NCBI GenBank assembly: GCA_037447605.1 | Contig: CM074808.1 | Location: forward strand, 1,984,001-2,048,000 | DNA: 64,000 nucleotides | Source: Zygnema circumcarinatum SAG 698-1b | Lineage: Eukaryota > Plantae > Zygnematophyceae | Direction of reading: 5' to 3' | Part shown: in pieces, positions 14,698-26,422 of the stretch | Numbering within the stretch: position 1 is the first letter of the stretch | Layout of the letters: each line of letters starts with the position of its first letter | Translations under genes and position numbers: made by a program | The notes under the pieces: model-generated | Databases searched by the model: none | What the model was told of the DNA's origin: nothing | What the model saw: the letters and a program-made list of their open reading frames with translations, nothing else

Positions 14698-15792
14698 TCA
14701 CTGTTTAAGTTCAGCAATAGCCTCTCTCATCAACTTCTCAATTTTCGCAGCAGCCACTCTCTTCTCCGGGGGACATGACATGGCTGCTGCTTTCAAATGC
14801 CCAAGTGCAGTTCTTGGGTCTCCTTGTTCAAGAGCCTCTACGCCTGCTCGATACGAGGCATCTGCAGCACGAGCATTGGGAAGAGATCCTTTCGTTACTT
14901 CTTCAGTCATCACATCTGCCGCTCTGCTGGCTTCAAGATTGCGCTCTGCAGAGGTCATCTCTGGCGACAAGTCTTTCTTTTGAAAGTGACAATTCTGTGA
15001 CTCCTCCAGCAGTGTTTTCAAAGCCTGCACCTTCCCGTTAGCAAAGCCTTCTGCGCGCTCGTCCTTCGCTTTCGACGTTTTTAGGGCATCAGCAATGTGC
15101 ATCTCAATTTTCTGAAGAGCCGCCTGTCTCTCCGGGGGGCATTTTGCTGCAGCTTCTTGAAAATGCGCCACTGCTCGTGGTGCATCACCTTCCTCCTTTG
15201 CAGCAACCCCGGCCTTGAAAGCCTCCTCGGCTTCTGCTGCGTTGTATTTTTTGCCGCCAGAACTCTTTCCTATCAAAGTCTGCCCAACAGTATGCACATT
15301 GTGTAGCTCCTCCTGCACTTCCCTGTCCTCCGATAAACCGAATCCTGGACCAACTTTGCTATCCCTAACGCTGCCATCGCTTGCCAAAGGGAGACGGCTT
15401 GCGTCAGAAACAAACATGTTGCCTCCTTCTGACTTGACCCTTCGCGTCTCCCCAGCCACCACTCCCTCCTTTCCCTTCCCTTGCATGCTTCCGTCCCTGT
15501 CCCTGCTCCTATCCGCCGTAATTGCAGGCTTCACGTCCTCCACATGCCGCTCCTGTTCCCGGCGAACTTCAGGATTTCTCAGGTAAAGAGCGTTATCAGA
15601 GTAATTAGGGTTCTTCTTCCGCCCACCTCCGGCAGCCATGGCTGCTCCAGCCGCCTCCTGCGCCCTCTTCTCCCGCCAGCGCTGCTCGTCAATGCGCTGC
15701 TGCCACGTGGCGCGCGCGTACTCCGCCACGGCCATGGCGCGGTCGGCCTGCAGCATCAGCGCCGCCGCCTCTTCTCCAGCCTCGGCAGCCAT
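14698..15792 (-). CDS. Uncharacterised single-exon 364-aa protein with two TPR-like helical-hairpin repeats, each carrying a CPP motif
   Basis: Long ORF starting in GCCATGGC context. Internal repeat: AEEAFKAGVAAKEEGDAPRAVAHFQEAAAKCPPERQAALQKIE / ADASYRAGVEALEQGDPRTALGHLKAAAMSCPPEKRVAAAKIE. Telo-box and CT-rich leader lie upstream. Confidence 0.8.
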   Translation of the reverse strand: MAAEAGEEAAALMLQADRAMAVAEYARATWQQRIDEQRWREKRAQEAAGAAMAAGGGRKKNPNYSDNALYLRNPEVRREQERHVEDVKPAITADRSRDRDGSMQGKGKEGVVAGETRRVKSEGGNMFVSDASRLPLASDGSVRDSKVGPGFGLSEDREVQEELHNVHTVGQTLIGKSSGGKKYNAAEAEEAFKAGVAAKEEGDAPRAVAHFQEAAAKCPPERQAALQKIEMHIADALKTSKAKDERAEGFANGKVQALKTLLEESQNCHFQKKDLSPEMTSAERNLEASRAADVMTEEVTKGSLPNARAADASYRAGVEALEQGDPRTALGHLKAAAMSCPPEKRVAAAKIEKLMREAIAELKQ

Positions 15793-17026
15793 GGCGGGGA
15801 GAGGACTTTGCGCTCGCTACCTGGCACCTCAACAGAGAGCGTCCGCCATTTAGGGTTTGGAGAGGCTCTGCCTCGCCACCCGTTGGCGAATTCGCTGCAC
15901 GCTCCTCGCGCTCTGCTTGGGAGCATCAAAGGCTGTGATTCTAGGGTTGCGCGGTCGCAGAGAGAGGGAGGGGGCGAGAGAAGGATCGATAGTGGCGGAT
16001 ATCGCTTTTGGCTTTTAAGGGCTGGGCTGCGAGGCTCGAGAGAGGGAGGGAGGATAGAAAGAGGGGAGCACAGTGACGAGAGGGGGAGAAGATGGAAGCG
16101 GAAGGAGGAGCGGCGAGAGGGAGCAGAAAGTGAAGAGTGAGGAGAAATTGTGACATCAAAGCGTTCTCGTCGACCTGCCCGTCCGTCTGATGCGCGCGTT
16201 TTTAGACATCAAAGTATTATAAGACTCACTGTACGCACACTTTCAGCTTCATTACTCATTCACAATACATACCACTTCCAGCCATGGCATGGGCCCATGC
16301 ACAACTCGCCCAGCCATGGCTTACACCTTCGGTCTATCCATTCAATTTTTTTGGCTTTTTTCTGCCACCATGTCGCCTCCCTCGTCATTCCGTGACAAAT
16401 ACTGCCAGCAAGCTTAGCAACTGTGAGTGAAAAAACCATGTGTGTGGCCCGAGGAAGCGAATCGTTATGCAGTGTAAGGGCAATGCAGGATGTTCGCATC
16501 TGCTTCATGTTCCTTGTGTTATGCCACGTCGTCTTCGGCTACGCCGCTGCTGCTTCCAGCTGCAAAACAACTTCGCTTCGCTTTGAGAGGTCAAGGTTAC
16601 GCCGAAAAGATCAGAGATCAGAGAGAGAGAAAGACCATTCAGACACTGGGCTGCTCGCCGCCATGGCCATCCGCCATCATCAAACAGCACTCGGGCACAA
16701 TTGTTTGTTTGTCCAACCCCAATTCTTTTTTATCTCAATTGTCCTTGTTTTTTAAAGTACAGGCTTGCCCCCTAATATTCACTCTCCTGTCCCCCTTGAC
16801 GGAGCAACTCCGCCCTTCATCTCTATAAAAAAAACCCCTGCAAGGCCTGCAGCCCTGCGCCTATGCCCCACGGAGGCCCTGCAATGCTCTCTTTTCCACC
16901 CCCCCAGCTATGTACAGTTCAGACTGACAGCCTATGTAGCGACCGCCATTTCTCCTACGCCGCTCCCTCGCCCTTCGCCTTTTCGGCTCCTTCGGCTTCC
17001 GCGTCTCCGCTCTGCCCTCGCCCGCC

Positions 17027-17617
17027 ATGGCGCCCTCCGTGCCGGTTGCGATGGCCATGGCGTTCCCTCTTCTTATCTCCCTCTTCCTCTCCGTCCGGCG
17101 CATTCATCCCCAGTGGCGCAGGACGGCCATGGCCGTGGCGATGACGGCCATGGCCATGGCCTCGCCTAGGGCTGCCATGACGGTTGAGGCCCTCCCCATG
17201 GACGTGTTTCTGTCATTCATCGCCGCCGCGGCGCCATGGCTTGGACGCCACGCGGCGGGATGTCACGTCGGCAGCGAGGACCTGGATTTCTCCCGCCATG
17301 GCGGATGCTCCCTCCTTCTCCTCCGCTGCGCCTGGCCTCCGGCCATGGCGGTGGCAGCCGTGGCCATGGCCATGGCGTCCGTGGACCTTCAGCTGCTCTT
17401 CCTGGCAGCCATGGCGGGAATATTCCACGTGGCGGCCCCTCCGCCCGCCCCTGCTGTCCAAAGACGGAGAGGGCAGCGCGGCGGGGGCGGGCGATGTTGC
17501 CATGGCGGACTCCATTGCGAGCTGCTCTTGAACTGCAATGACGAAAATGTGGATTCGAAAGGTCGCCTTACTGCCTGCTCCGGAACTGGGAATGACGAGG
17601 AAAGGAACTCCTGTTGA
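17027..17617 (+). CDS. Hypothetical A/M-rich ORF (196 aa) in a CCATGG-dense GC-rich island
   Basis: ATG in CGCCATGGCG context, with TATA-like TCTATAAAA at ~16821 and a CT-rich leader upstream. No recognisable domain, and opposite-strand ORFs are also open. Confidence 0.3.
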   Translation: MAPSVPVAMAMAFPLLISLFLSVRRIHPQWRRTAMAVAMTAMAMASPRAAMTVEALPMDVFLSFIAAAAPWLGRHAAGCHVGSEDLDFSRHGGCSLLLLRCAWPPAMAVAAVAMAMASVDLQLLFLAAMAGIFHVAAPPPAPAVQRRRGQRGGGGRCCHGGLHCELLLNCNDENVDSKGRLTACSGTGNDEERNSC

Positions 17618-18079
17618 TGACCTTCACTCTGTGTAGGTCAGGAAGGAATCTGCAAATGCGGTATTGAAAAATGCTCGCGCTTTCCCAAATTTGTACTTCC
17701 GAGAGATTGCGCGCTGAACGCGCCAAAGGGACGTTAACGCGGAAACGTATTGAGCACGGCGGCCCGTCCTGTAATAACGCGCCTAGGAAGTAACGTGCCG
17801 TACAAGCAAAGGCACAGCATCTGGTATTCGCCAGGTCGGCCTACCGACCTCCCCTCCCGGAGTAACGCGTCGCGGAATAACGCGGCTGGTAACAGTGTTC
17901 CGTCCACCCCCACCGCCGCCACGCAATATTCCATTGACGAATAACGAATATGAGAATCGTGAGCGGATACGTTATTGTTGGAATGAGTTCCGTACCTGCT
18001 GCAAAACTCGGGGGCTTGTTTTGGAGCGCGTCTTTGGACTGAAAATAGAAGTCGTGTGCGTGCGATGGAGGGCGATGGG

Positions 18080-18178
18080 GGGAAGGAAGGAAGAAAGAGG
18101 GAGGGAGGGGAGGGGAGGGGAGGGNNNNNNNNNNAGGGGAGGGTGGGAGGGAGGGGAGGGAGGGGAGGGAGGGAGGGA
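18080..18178. repeat. G/A polypurine tract containing a 10-N assembly gap (18125-18134)
   Basis: Seen directly. Confidence 0.95.
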
Positions 18179-18969
18179 GCAGCGCCCTCCATCGCACGCA
18201 CAGGCAGTTATGGACGAGCTTAGCCTTTAGCATTGTTGCTCAGCCCCGTCAAGCGGTCGATTCTTTTCACACTCGCAGGGTTTAGGTCGGTTTGTGTTTC
18301 CTCTCTGTGTTCGGTCGAGTCCCATCCATTCGTTGCTTCTCGGCCTCCTCAGTCTCCATGTCGTCTGCGCAGTTTAGTAGACAGCTGCAAGCACCAAATG
18401 TTCAACTCGTGCTTTTCTAGTCGCGAGAGACGTTTGAATGCGAGCCTTTCTCCGAAGAAGTCAATTCGGCAAAAGTGAGGGCATCGGGGACAACAACTGC
18501 CACTGACGGTATTCCCGTAACACGGGAAAGTGGCAAAAGACTGTTGACGAGAGTACAGACAAATGCATCGTTTTGCAACACCTGGAAAAGTACCATATCT
18601 TGCCGAGTACACGTATTCCCGTTTGTTTTGTATTGGTCTCCATTCTTGCAGGTTAGCACCCGACAGGCGTCAAGCCTCATGTCATGTGAGTTGCCAGCCT
18701 CCAGCGCCGGCATTCTGACAAATGGGCAGTGGTTACGTTGAACGGATTTGGAGGCCAGTGTGATGCGGCAACAGATTTGAATGGAGACGCAGTGAAAAAA
18801 ACAGAAAAATGATGCTTACTGAGGCGCGGACGCGAAGAGGAGAAAATGTAGTATCCAACCGTTAAGGCTGTTTGCTTTTCATTACAACATCAATATGACA
18901 CAATATTGCGTGACTTGCAGCTAAAAACGTAACGCACGAATATGAACATATGAAGAGAGCTCCTGAGAC

Positions 18970-21900
18970 CTACAACCGTGAATGCCCATGCGGTTGTCCT
19001 CGTCCGTCATTCAGTTCAACACTACGGCTCAAATCAGAGTCTTTACGATCCACCGATTCTTGCCAAGGGTCAGCCGAGTGAAACTCGCTGCTGCATACGA
19101 GCGGCTGTGGGTCGCTCTTGAAGACATCTCTTGAGGTAGTCATAGAACACGAATTCCCCTCTACTATTGTCGCCTTCGAGGTGCTCCCCCTTGTTCCCTC
19201 CTCGCCTGCATGGCTTCCAGCTCGTACACCCCAAGGTGTGTGTGGGGTGCCATCAGTTTCAGGCACTTTCCCACTCGGAGTCTCCTCGCTGTCGCATGTA
19301 CCACCCCCATCTGCAACCCTATATTTGAAGGAGGCACTACCCCCTACATCGCTCTGCTCTGCTTCACTCCCAGCTCTGTGCAAGGAGTGACCCTGCCTAC
19401 TAATCGCAGCAGGCCTGACTGCCTCACTTAATTTGCCCTGGTTGCTGCTCTCCCCTATTCTACTGCTTCTGCGACGTTCTTTCTGCTCTTGCCGTTCCGA
19501 GGGGACTCTGCCGCCATCAGAGGGAAGGGATCCCTGAGCCAGTTGAACAGTACAGAGATATGAAAGTGATTGGAAGAACGGTACTGTGAAGGGCTTCCGG
19601 GTGTAGTCGTCACTGGAGGCAAGCACCTCATAAACCTCTGCGAGAGCTCGTGCCTGTGACTCTCCTTCTGCACTCAGCCGCAGCAGCAGCCGCGCCACTA
19701 CTTGCAAAGAAATCGGCAGCATCTGTCGCTCACAGGAGAACAATGCAAAAATTCAAGCAGGCGCAAGGAGAAAGTAGGCGACGATAAAAACAAGGAGGCG
19801 ACTACACAGCTTTTACACAGAGGGCAAATATACCTTAAACACCAAATATAAAAAACTGCAGCTCTAGGTTCATCCTGATGCCCAAAGCCATCCAGACCAT
19901 GCCACCTGCAAGAAAGGACGGTTTAACCCACCTGCAGGCTGACCAGCGGAATCACAGCTGCCAGCATGCTGCGGAGTTTGCTTCCCGCCTCCGTCTGTTG
20001 CATTTTCAGATCCACCTGTTTTGATACTCCCTCTCCTGCAGCTTCGCCCACTCTTCTGTGAGCAGCCACATCCCTCAGCTTGCCGCGTTCCTCTGCACAC
20101 GACTCTTCTTCTTCTATTGAAGGTTCCTGCCGGCGCCGTGTCAGCAACTGGTAGCTTCGCTCGCCAATGGCACGCAGACACAGGGCACACGCCGAGCTAT
20201 CCGGGGGAAGATAGAGACACATGGCAACCACTCCCGAGACAAGGCCCTTCAACGGGGTCGCCGTTGGATATGCCTGAGGCTCCGAACAGGTAAAGGAACC
20301 ATCATTGTCAGGCAGTGGATAGGATAGAAACTGTTGGAACGAATTCAACTGCTGTGCAAATGTGTCAGCGGAGGTGGCTCTGCTTTATCAAAAACGCCGA
20401 GATTATGAAGGAGCAAAGGAGAATTCACACCTTGAGTGCCTCCTCTGCATAGTGCACTGCCATCTGCTCTATCACCAGCCACCTTTCACGTACAGGCTGC
20501 AAAGCTTCCACGCCCAAGTGATCGCTGCGCGACACCTTCATTTTCTGCTCTGTTTCTTTGAGAAAGGTTGAAAAGAGAGCATGCGCTGCAAGGTTGACAT
20601 CCTGCTGCGGATGGTGGAGATATCTGCCCCAAGAGGTCGTGTCAAGGAGACAGTTCCTCCGTCCACTTCATGCATGTGATTTGTAAGGCGGCCAAAGCAT
20701 TGTCGACTTACAAGCATTTAACATGGCCTTGCTTAGGTTACATGTCAACCCCCTATCGAGGGTCTGCTGGAGGAACCAGCATAACGCCTATATGTGGTCT
20801 TTAGAACCTTTCAAAAATCTCCGCCCTCTAAGATCACTCGGTAAAAAAGATTAATTCACGCAATGAGTAGGATACAAGAAGAGCGTTGAAGCAACGCGGT
20901 TCGCAAAAAGAGACGAGTCCAGGTGGGGCAGGCACAGGGGGAGCACTCGCAGCCAGAAGTACATGCAGGATGTCTGCACCGCATCATATTGCCATGTGTC
21001 GCTCTCCCAGCCTGCAAGCATGAATTTGGCACGGACATATGGAGAAAATACCAATATTGAGGACTGGCTGACCAGCATCATCTTCCCCCAAAACGACCAC
21101 TCCTTCGTCACAAGAAGTGGCGGTGACAGTAACAGCCTTCATGAAACAAAAATCTGTTTGGAACGAATAATAATGATCGACCACTGTACGTTCAAGATGT
21201 CTACAATCCAACAAGTGCGCTGCAGTAACCGTCATATGAATGTTTCTCTAGATGTTCACCATTTCGAGGTTATTTCAGTCTAATGGTCATTCTCTGCTAC
21301 AGTCCTCTAAACCTCATGAAGCAAACATTGACCTACCAGATAAAAACCTCCCTTCCTTCAAGCACGGCAAAAAATGCTTACCTGGCCCTGAGATGACTTC
21401 ATCATATCGTGGCATCAGCGAGACAAAAGCCTCAACAGCTCCGCTGTTAATAGCTACTTTGTTGGCAGCTCGTTGAACAAGCTTCCCGTACTCGGCCATT
21501 GGGACTGCAGTAAAGTCCATGAATGCCAAAGCCTCTAATGCATGAACTGCACATCTCAACTTGTGTGCCTGCTCATTTTCACTGCCAGCATATTGCCTGT
21601 GTTCTTCCCCTCTCAGCTCTTTGGCAGGTGCCATTCCTCCTCTCCCAAGGTCGAAATTCAATGGAGAAACATCGTCTGGAACAAGTGCAGCAAAAAACAT
21701 GCAAACGGAAAGGAATGAGGCGTTTAAAGCCGTTGCAATTGTAGGAGTCAATGGGATATTGGCTCCACTTTCTTGGCCTGCCTTTGGATCAACACCTGTT
21801 ACATTATCCAATACTATTGGCCCAGGTCTTCCCCTCGAAGCTTCCACATAAACAAAGCGGTGACCTTGATGAGTGCCTTTCGCATAAAGACATGCAAGCT

Positions 21901-23605
21901 GCAAAGCTCGTAGACGCATTTCCATGTCAGCTCCTTGAACTTGTTCACAAAGAGCTCTGGTAATAGCCCCAGCTTCGTTGAATGGAACCAGTGCGATATG
22001 TTTTCGAAGCCATTCCAGGGCATGCATTCGGGCTGATTTGTTTAGCTCTTCGTCTACTCCTCTAAAAACCCCGTACTGGACTTCCTTCAGTTCACTATTG
22101 GCAGCAAGGCCATGCTGACGATGCAAAGACGTAACTAAAGCAGTATAGAAGGGGCCCCACTGAACTGCATCCCCCCAGAGAGCTGCTTCGAGGCACCGTA
22201 GAACTGCCGGATGAGGTGGTGTTCCTGGACCTCCAGCACCATAGAGTCTGGCTACTGCAATTGCAACATATCTTAACCAGTGACGAGCTCGTCTTGTGCG
22301 GTTGGCTCTACTGCTTTGTTTGCAAAAGTCAGCAGCAGGGGCCCATATAAGACTGGCGGCCATCTCTGGAGGAAATTCATACAAAGCTTCAATCTGCTCC
22401 GCAAGAACTGGCTTCAGCTTGGGAGCAGTTAAAGTTCGAAGTAAAGGTGAACCAAATGTATCTTCCCACGGATTGGCGTCATTAGCAGCTATGGCTACGA
22501 CGTCTTGAAGTGACTGAACTTCCTGGCTCCAGAGGGGATCAGGAAGACTAGCGATGTGCGGCCGCTTTCCTTGCCGTCCCCTTCCTTCACATAGCCCTCT
22601 CAGCAAGCCAGCAGTGGACATGATGGCAGCACACTGTGTGCTGTCCAGTCCATATGCAACTTGCCTCTCTGACTCCCGAAAAGACTCTCGCATCACACCC
22701 CTCCGACAAATTCTCACAAGTCCTTGAAGATCAGAGAGCGCAAGAGAGCTATCAGCTGGCCATGAACTTCCTCCCCAGGTCCTGAGACGCAACCCCTCAT
22801 AAGCCATCAGCTGCAACAAAAGCACACCTTGCTCAAGGCTAGGTATGTCTTCTGCTGCATTCAAAGGCGACATATTGCTACCTCGTGGGACCCACATACA
22901 CAGCAGGCTTGAGAAGAGACTCCACAGATGACTGCCCCGCGAGGCACTCATCGCGTAACCTGACCCAGCGAGAGCTTCTCTCACTCCCTCCGTTCCCGCT
23001 CCCCACCCTCCTCCCAACAGCACCTGAATTATCGCTTCACGAGCTTTAGTCCTATCCTCCTCTGCACAAGCCTGAGCTGCACAGATGCTTCCTAAGCAGA
23101 GAATACCTGCACCGAGAAAAGAAGCATACAAGCGGCCAGTTCCGGCGTCCAATTTCGCAACAATCAACTTCACCGCAGCTGCTTCAATAAAGCCCCTTTG
23201 CTCATTCCCGCCTCCCTGCACTTGCCCTCGTGCAGCTGCTCTTCGGAACCACACTGCCAGCAGCAAAAAGCAGCATTCCTCTACGGCAGCCACATCTCCC
23301 GTTTCATCTCTACTATCCTCTCCCTTTGGCCCTCTGGATTCCCCAAAATTGTTGAAACCGGTTTCAACCTTCTCCAACAATGTAAGAAGCAGGCGTGCTT
23401 CAGCTGGAGAGATGTAAATAACGTACCGGTGGCGGCGCAGAAATATCAGGTGCGGCAGAAGTTCCGAAGCCACGATCCTGATATCACTGAGAACAGCGGA
23501 GGCGATGCGCCCCCATGCGTTCTGCAACTCCTTCGCAGCAGGCGCCTCCTCTCTCCGTCCAGCATGTACACCCAACTGCACCTCCAGAGCATGCCACCCA
23601 TCCAT
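18970..23605 (-). CDS. Conserved plant helical-repeat protein of unknown function (At1g73970-like); exons 23605-21382, 21011-20876, 20623-20431, 20273-19932, 19722-18970
   Basis: Exons splice in frame: ISGP|GWESDTW...STLFL|YLHHPQQDVNLAAHALF...EALK|AYPTATP...VSLQ|MLPISLQ...YEVLASSDDYTRKPFTVPFFQSLSYLC. The C-terminal SDDxxRKP...QSLSYLC motif resembles the At1g73970 family as recalled. Confidence 0.8.
20624..20875 (-). other. Minor-spliceosome (U12-type) GT-AG intron
   Basis: Donor GTATCCT; branch point TCTCCTTGAC (20650-20641) with its A 19 nt from the 3' end; no polypyrimidine tract. Splicing restores the frame. Confidence 0.8.
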
Positions 23606-23732
23606 GGCTGCTTACTCCTCCTGCTCCTTAATCCTAATTCTTTCTCCTCAGAGCGAGCTTACAATCACAAAAACTGCACCCTCAAGCCCCAATAGTAGAG
23701 GCGGAGGTAAGAGTATTCTCGTGTAATATTGT

Positions 23733-23870
23733 ACCGTATCGAACCGAGATGCACCAAACTGAACCGAACTGAACTGAACCGAACCGAACCGAACCAAACT
23801 GCACTGAGCGAAACGAACCTAACCGAACCGAACTGAACCGAACCGAACTGAACCGAACCGAACCGAACTG
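23733..23870. repeat. Pentanucleotide (ACCGA/ACTGA)n microsatellite in the bidirectional promoter of the At1g73970-like gene and VHA-F
   Basis: Seen directly. A telo-box AACCCTAAA follows at ~23927. Confidence 0.9.
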
Positions 23871-24041
23871 CGAGTGGCGTCCTGGTTGAGGGAAGGGAAG
23901 AGGGAGGGCGGTTCCAGGAGGAAACGAACCCTAAAAGCAACAGAGCTCATAAGACTTGAAGGCAGAGCTGCAGGACAAAGGGCAGGAGTTTCGAGAGACT
24001 AAGGCCACGAAAATAAAGCAGAGGGAAGCTTGTAACTGAAG

Positions 24042-25871
24042 ATGTCTGCACCGGAGCAGGCGGCCACTCGTTCGGAAGGGTCGCTCATTGGTATCATCGC
24101 AGACGAAGTAAATTCAATATCTTGTTTTTCATGGAGATTCCTCTTCGTTTTCATATTTGTATACGCTATTATCTGTGCCAGTGAAATTTGGGAGTTAGGT
24201 GCACTTGATTTGTCCTGAAGGATTCATGATCCTTTCTCAATCTGCTCTTTCCCGCTGTGGCAGGACACGATCACGGGGTTTCTGTTGGCAGGTGTTGGGA
24301 ACGTTGACATCCGCCGCAAAAAGAACTATTTGGTTGTGGACTCCAGTAGGTGCCTCATCACTCCAAATGCGGCACATATTGATTGCATCTGGATGCATAA
24401 CGCAAAATGTATTTTCCTTGCGAAGTAGACATGCAGATCTAGAGCTGTTTTTGAGGATATGTGTAACTCAGTTTTGTCAATGCACCGCTTTTGGACGAGC
24501 CCATGCTGTTTTGCACCATTCATCACCTTGCATATGATTCATTGCTGTTGATTTCCATCGGTTTACCTCGTTTATGGATACGAGCCCGTGCTCAAGCTGC
24601 TGTCTATGAGCGCGGAGAAAAATCCGTAGAGGTTCGGCCGTTGGATAAATGTGTAGACTTCATGCTTTTTTCGGCTGAATTTCAATTTCAGCAAAACATT
24701 TTAGCAATGCGAGTTGATGTTGCTTAATCTACAGAGACATCGATCAGGACGATTGAAGAGACGTTCAAGGATTTCACCTCACGCGATGATATCGCCATTG
24801 TGCTCATTAGTCAATATGTACGTATCCGTTTCTTTTTGTAGAGCCATGAAATTGAATTAAAAGCAATAGCAATGCTTGACGTACGGTCGAAATTCTTCGT
24901 CTGGCCTTCGCGAGGAAAAGGCCGTGTTTTGGAGACCATCTACTGGGAGCCTGCATTTTTGTAAATCACGATAGCAAGATAACATGTATGCTTGGGTCGG
25001 CATTGTCAGGAAGTAAAGCCTAAAATCGATAGTCCCAGAAAGCGGTGTGGTTTTAGCCAGTTCTGAAAGGTTTCAGGAAATTCTTTAGGAAACCTCTTGG
25101 AATTAAGAGCCTAAGTTTCATTGACCAGTTGGAACAATGGGACATGGGAATACCACTAGTTAATGACCATTGCTTGAGCCTATAGGAATTTTACAGGCCT
25201 GCAACTGGTCCGCACAGAATTTGAGTTTCCCCTCGGTTAATTTCTTCCTCCAAAACTGCCACCCAAATGCATTTTTATCCATTCGCAACTGCATAAGATA
25301 CTCCATGTAGTCGTACAAACATGCATATCTGTTTTTTCTCTCCTTCCAGACATCAACTCTCAGTACACTGGATTTTTTGGCAGTTTATGAGTCTGTTAAA
25401 ACTTCGGCCTTGGCCAGGCATTGAGGGACGCTCTATGCGCATGCCTGTGAAGACTTAGGCGGTTTAGGCAGTTGATGACGACTTTCACTGTAAATGTTTT
25501 CGGGAAGCTTCAAGCAATTGACCCTTGTGATTTCTTAAGTTCAAAGCGTGTTGTAAAGCCTGTTGTATGTCGAACACAACTCATCAAATGCCCAATTCCT
25601 TTTCGGAAGCGACCTCTATTTGTACGTGCAATAGGTGCTCTTGTGTTCCTTCGCTGCCGCCGTTGTGGCTATTCTGACCAATCCCGAGTGTGTATGTATT
25701 TTGCGGCAGATTGCAAACATGATTCGTTACGCCATTGACAGCTACAACAAGACTTTGCCAGCTATCCTTGAGATCCCGAGCAAAGAGCACCCCTACGATC
25801 CAAGCCAGGACTCCATTCTTTCCCGTGTGAAGCACATGTTTGGTGGAGAGTCTGTTTCTGAAGCACGCTAG
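24042..25871 (+). CDS. VHA-F: V-type proton ATPase subunit F; exons 24042-24107, 24264-24345, 24735-24817, 25710-25871
   Basis: LIGIIADE|DTITGFLLAGVGNVDIRRKKNYLVVDS|...FKDFTSRDDIAIVLISQY|IANMIRYAIDSYNKTLPAILEIPSKEHPYDPSQDSILSRV. Confidence 0.97.
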
Positions 25872-26422
25872 ATGTGCTGCCTTCGCGGATCAGGATATTG
25901 ACATCTGTCAGAGCCACTTTTGCCTCCACTGCCAAACTGTGTGAGGCCAAAAAGTTGTAGTTTACAAATATGTCGAGGTTACACTGTGTAGAGTTGTTGT
26001 CACCAATTCAATAAGCAAAGGGGAATTAGTGATTGGAAAATCAGTATATGCATTAAAGTTGCTGTATGGCCGTTATTGAAGTAAATGTTTTCCTTTGCTG
26101 AACAAGTGTTGAAATAGGCCTGGGTGGCGTTGGAACTCATGTGGCTTCGCTTTGTTGTAAGGTCCAAGATATTAAATTTGTTCACTCGCATTGTAGTTTG
26201 GATGATTTGGTTACTCACAGTGAGATGTTTGGACCTTTTGGAGTTTGAACAAAACGAGTTGACCATGAGGCCATGGCCCGTCCCAGTCTGTCGTGGCATG
26301 CTTTTGCAGATCAATATGCACACGCGAGCCCATGCACTGTACACTGCGCATGAGTGAGTTACAAATGTGCAGAGGCATGCACCCAAGTACCGTGACAAGT
26401 GGGCTAAACGGGGAATCACCAT

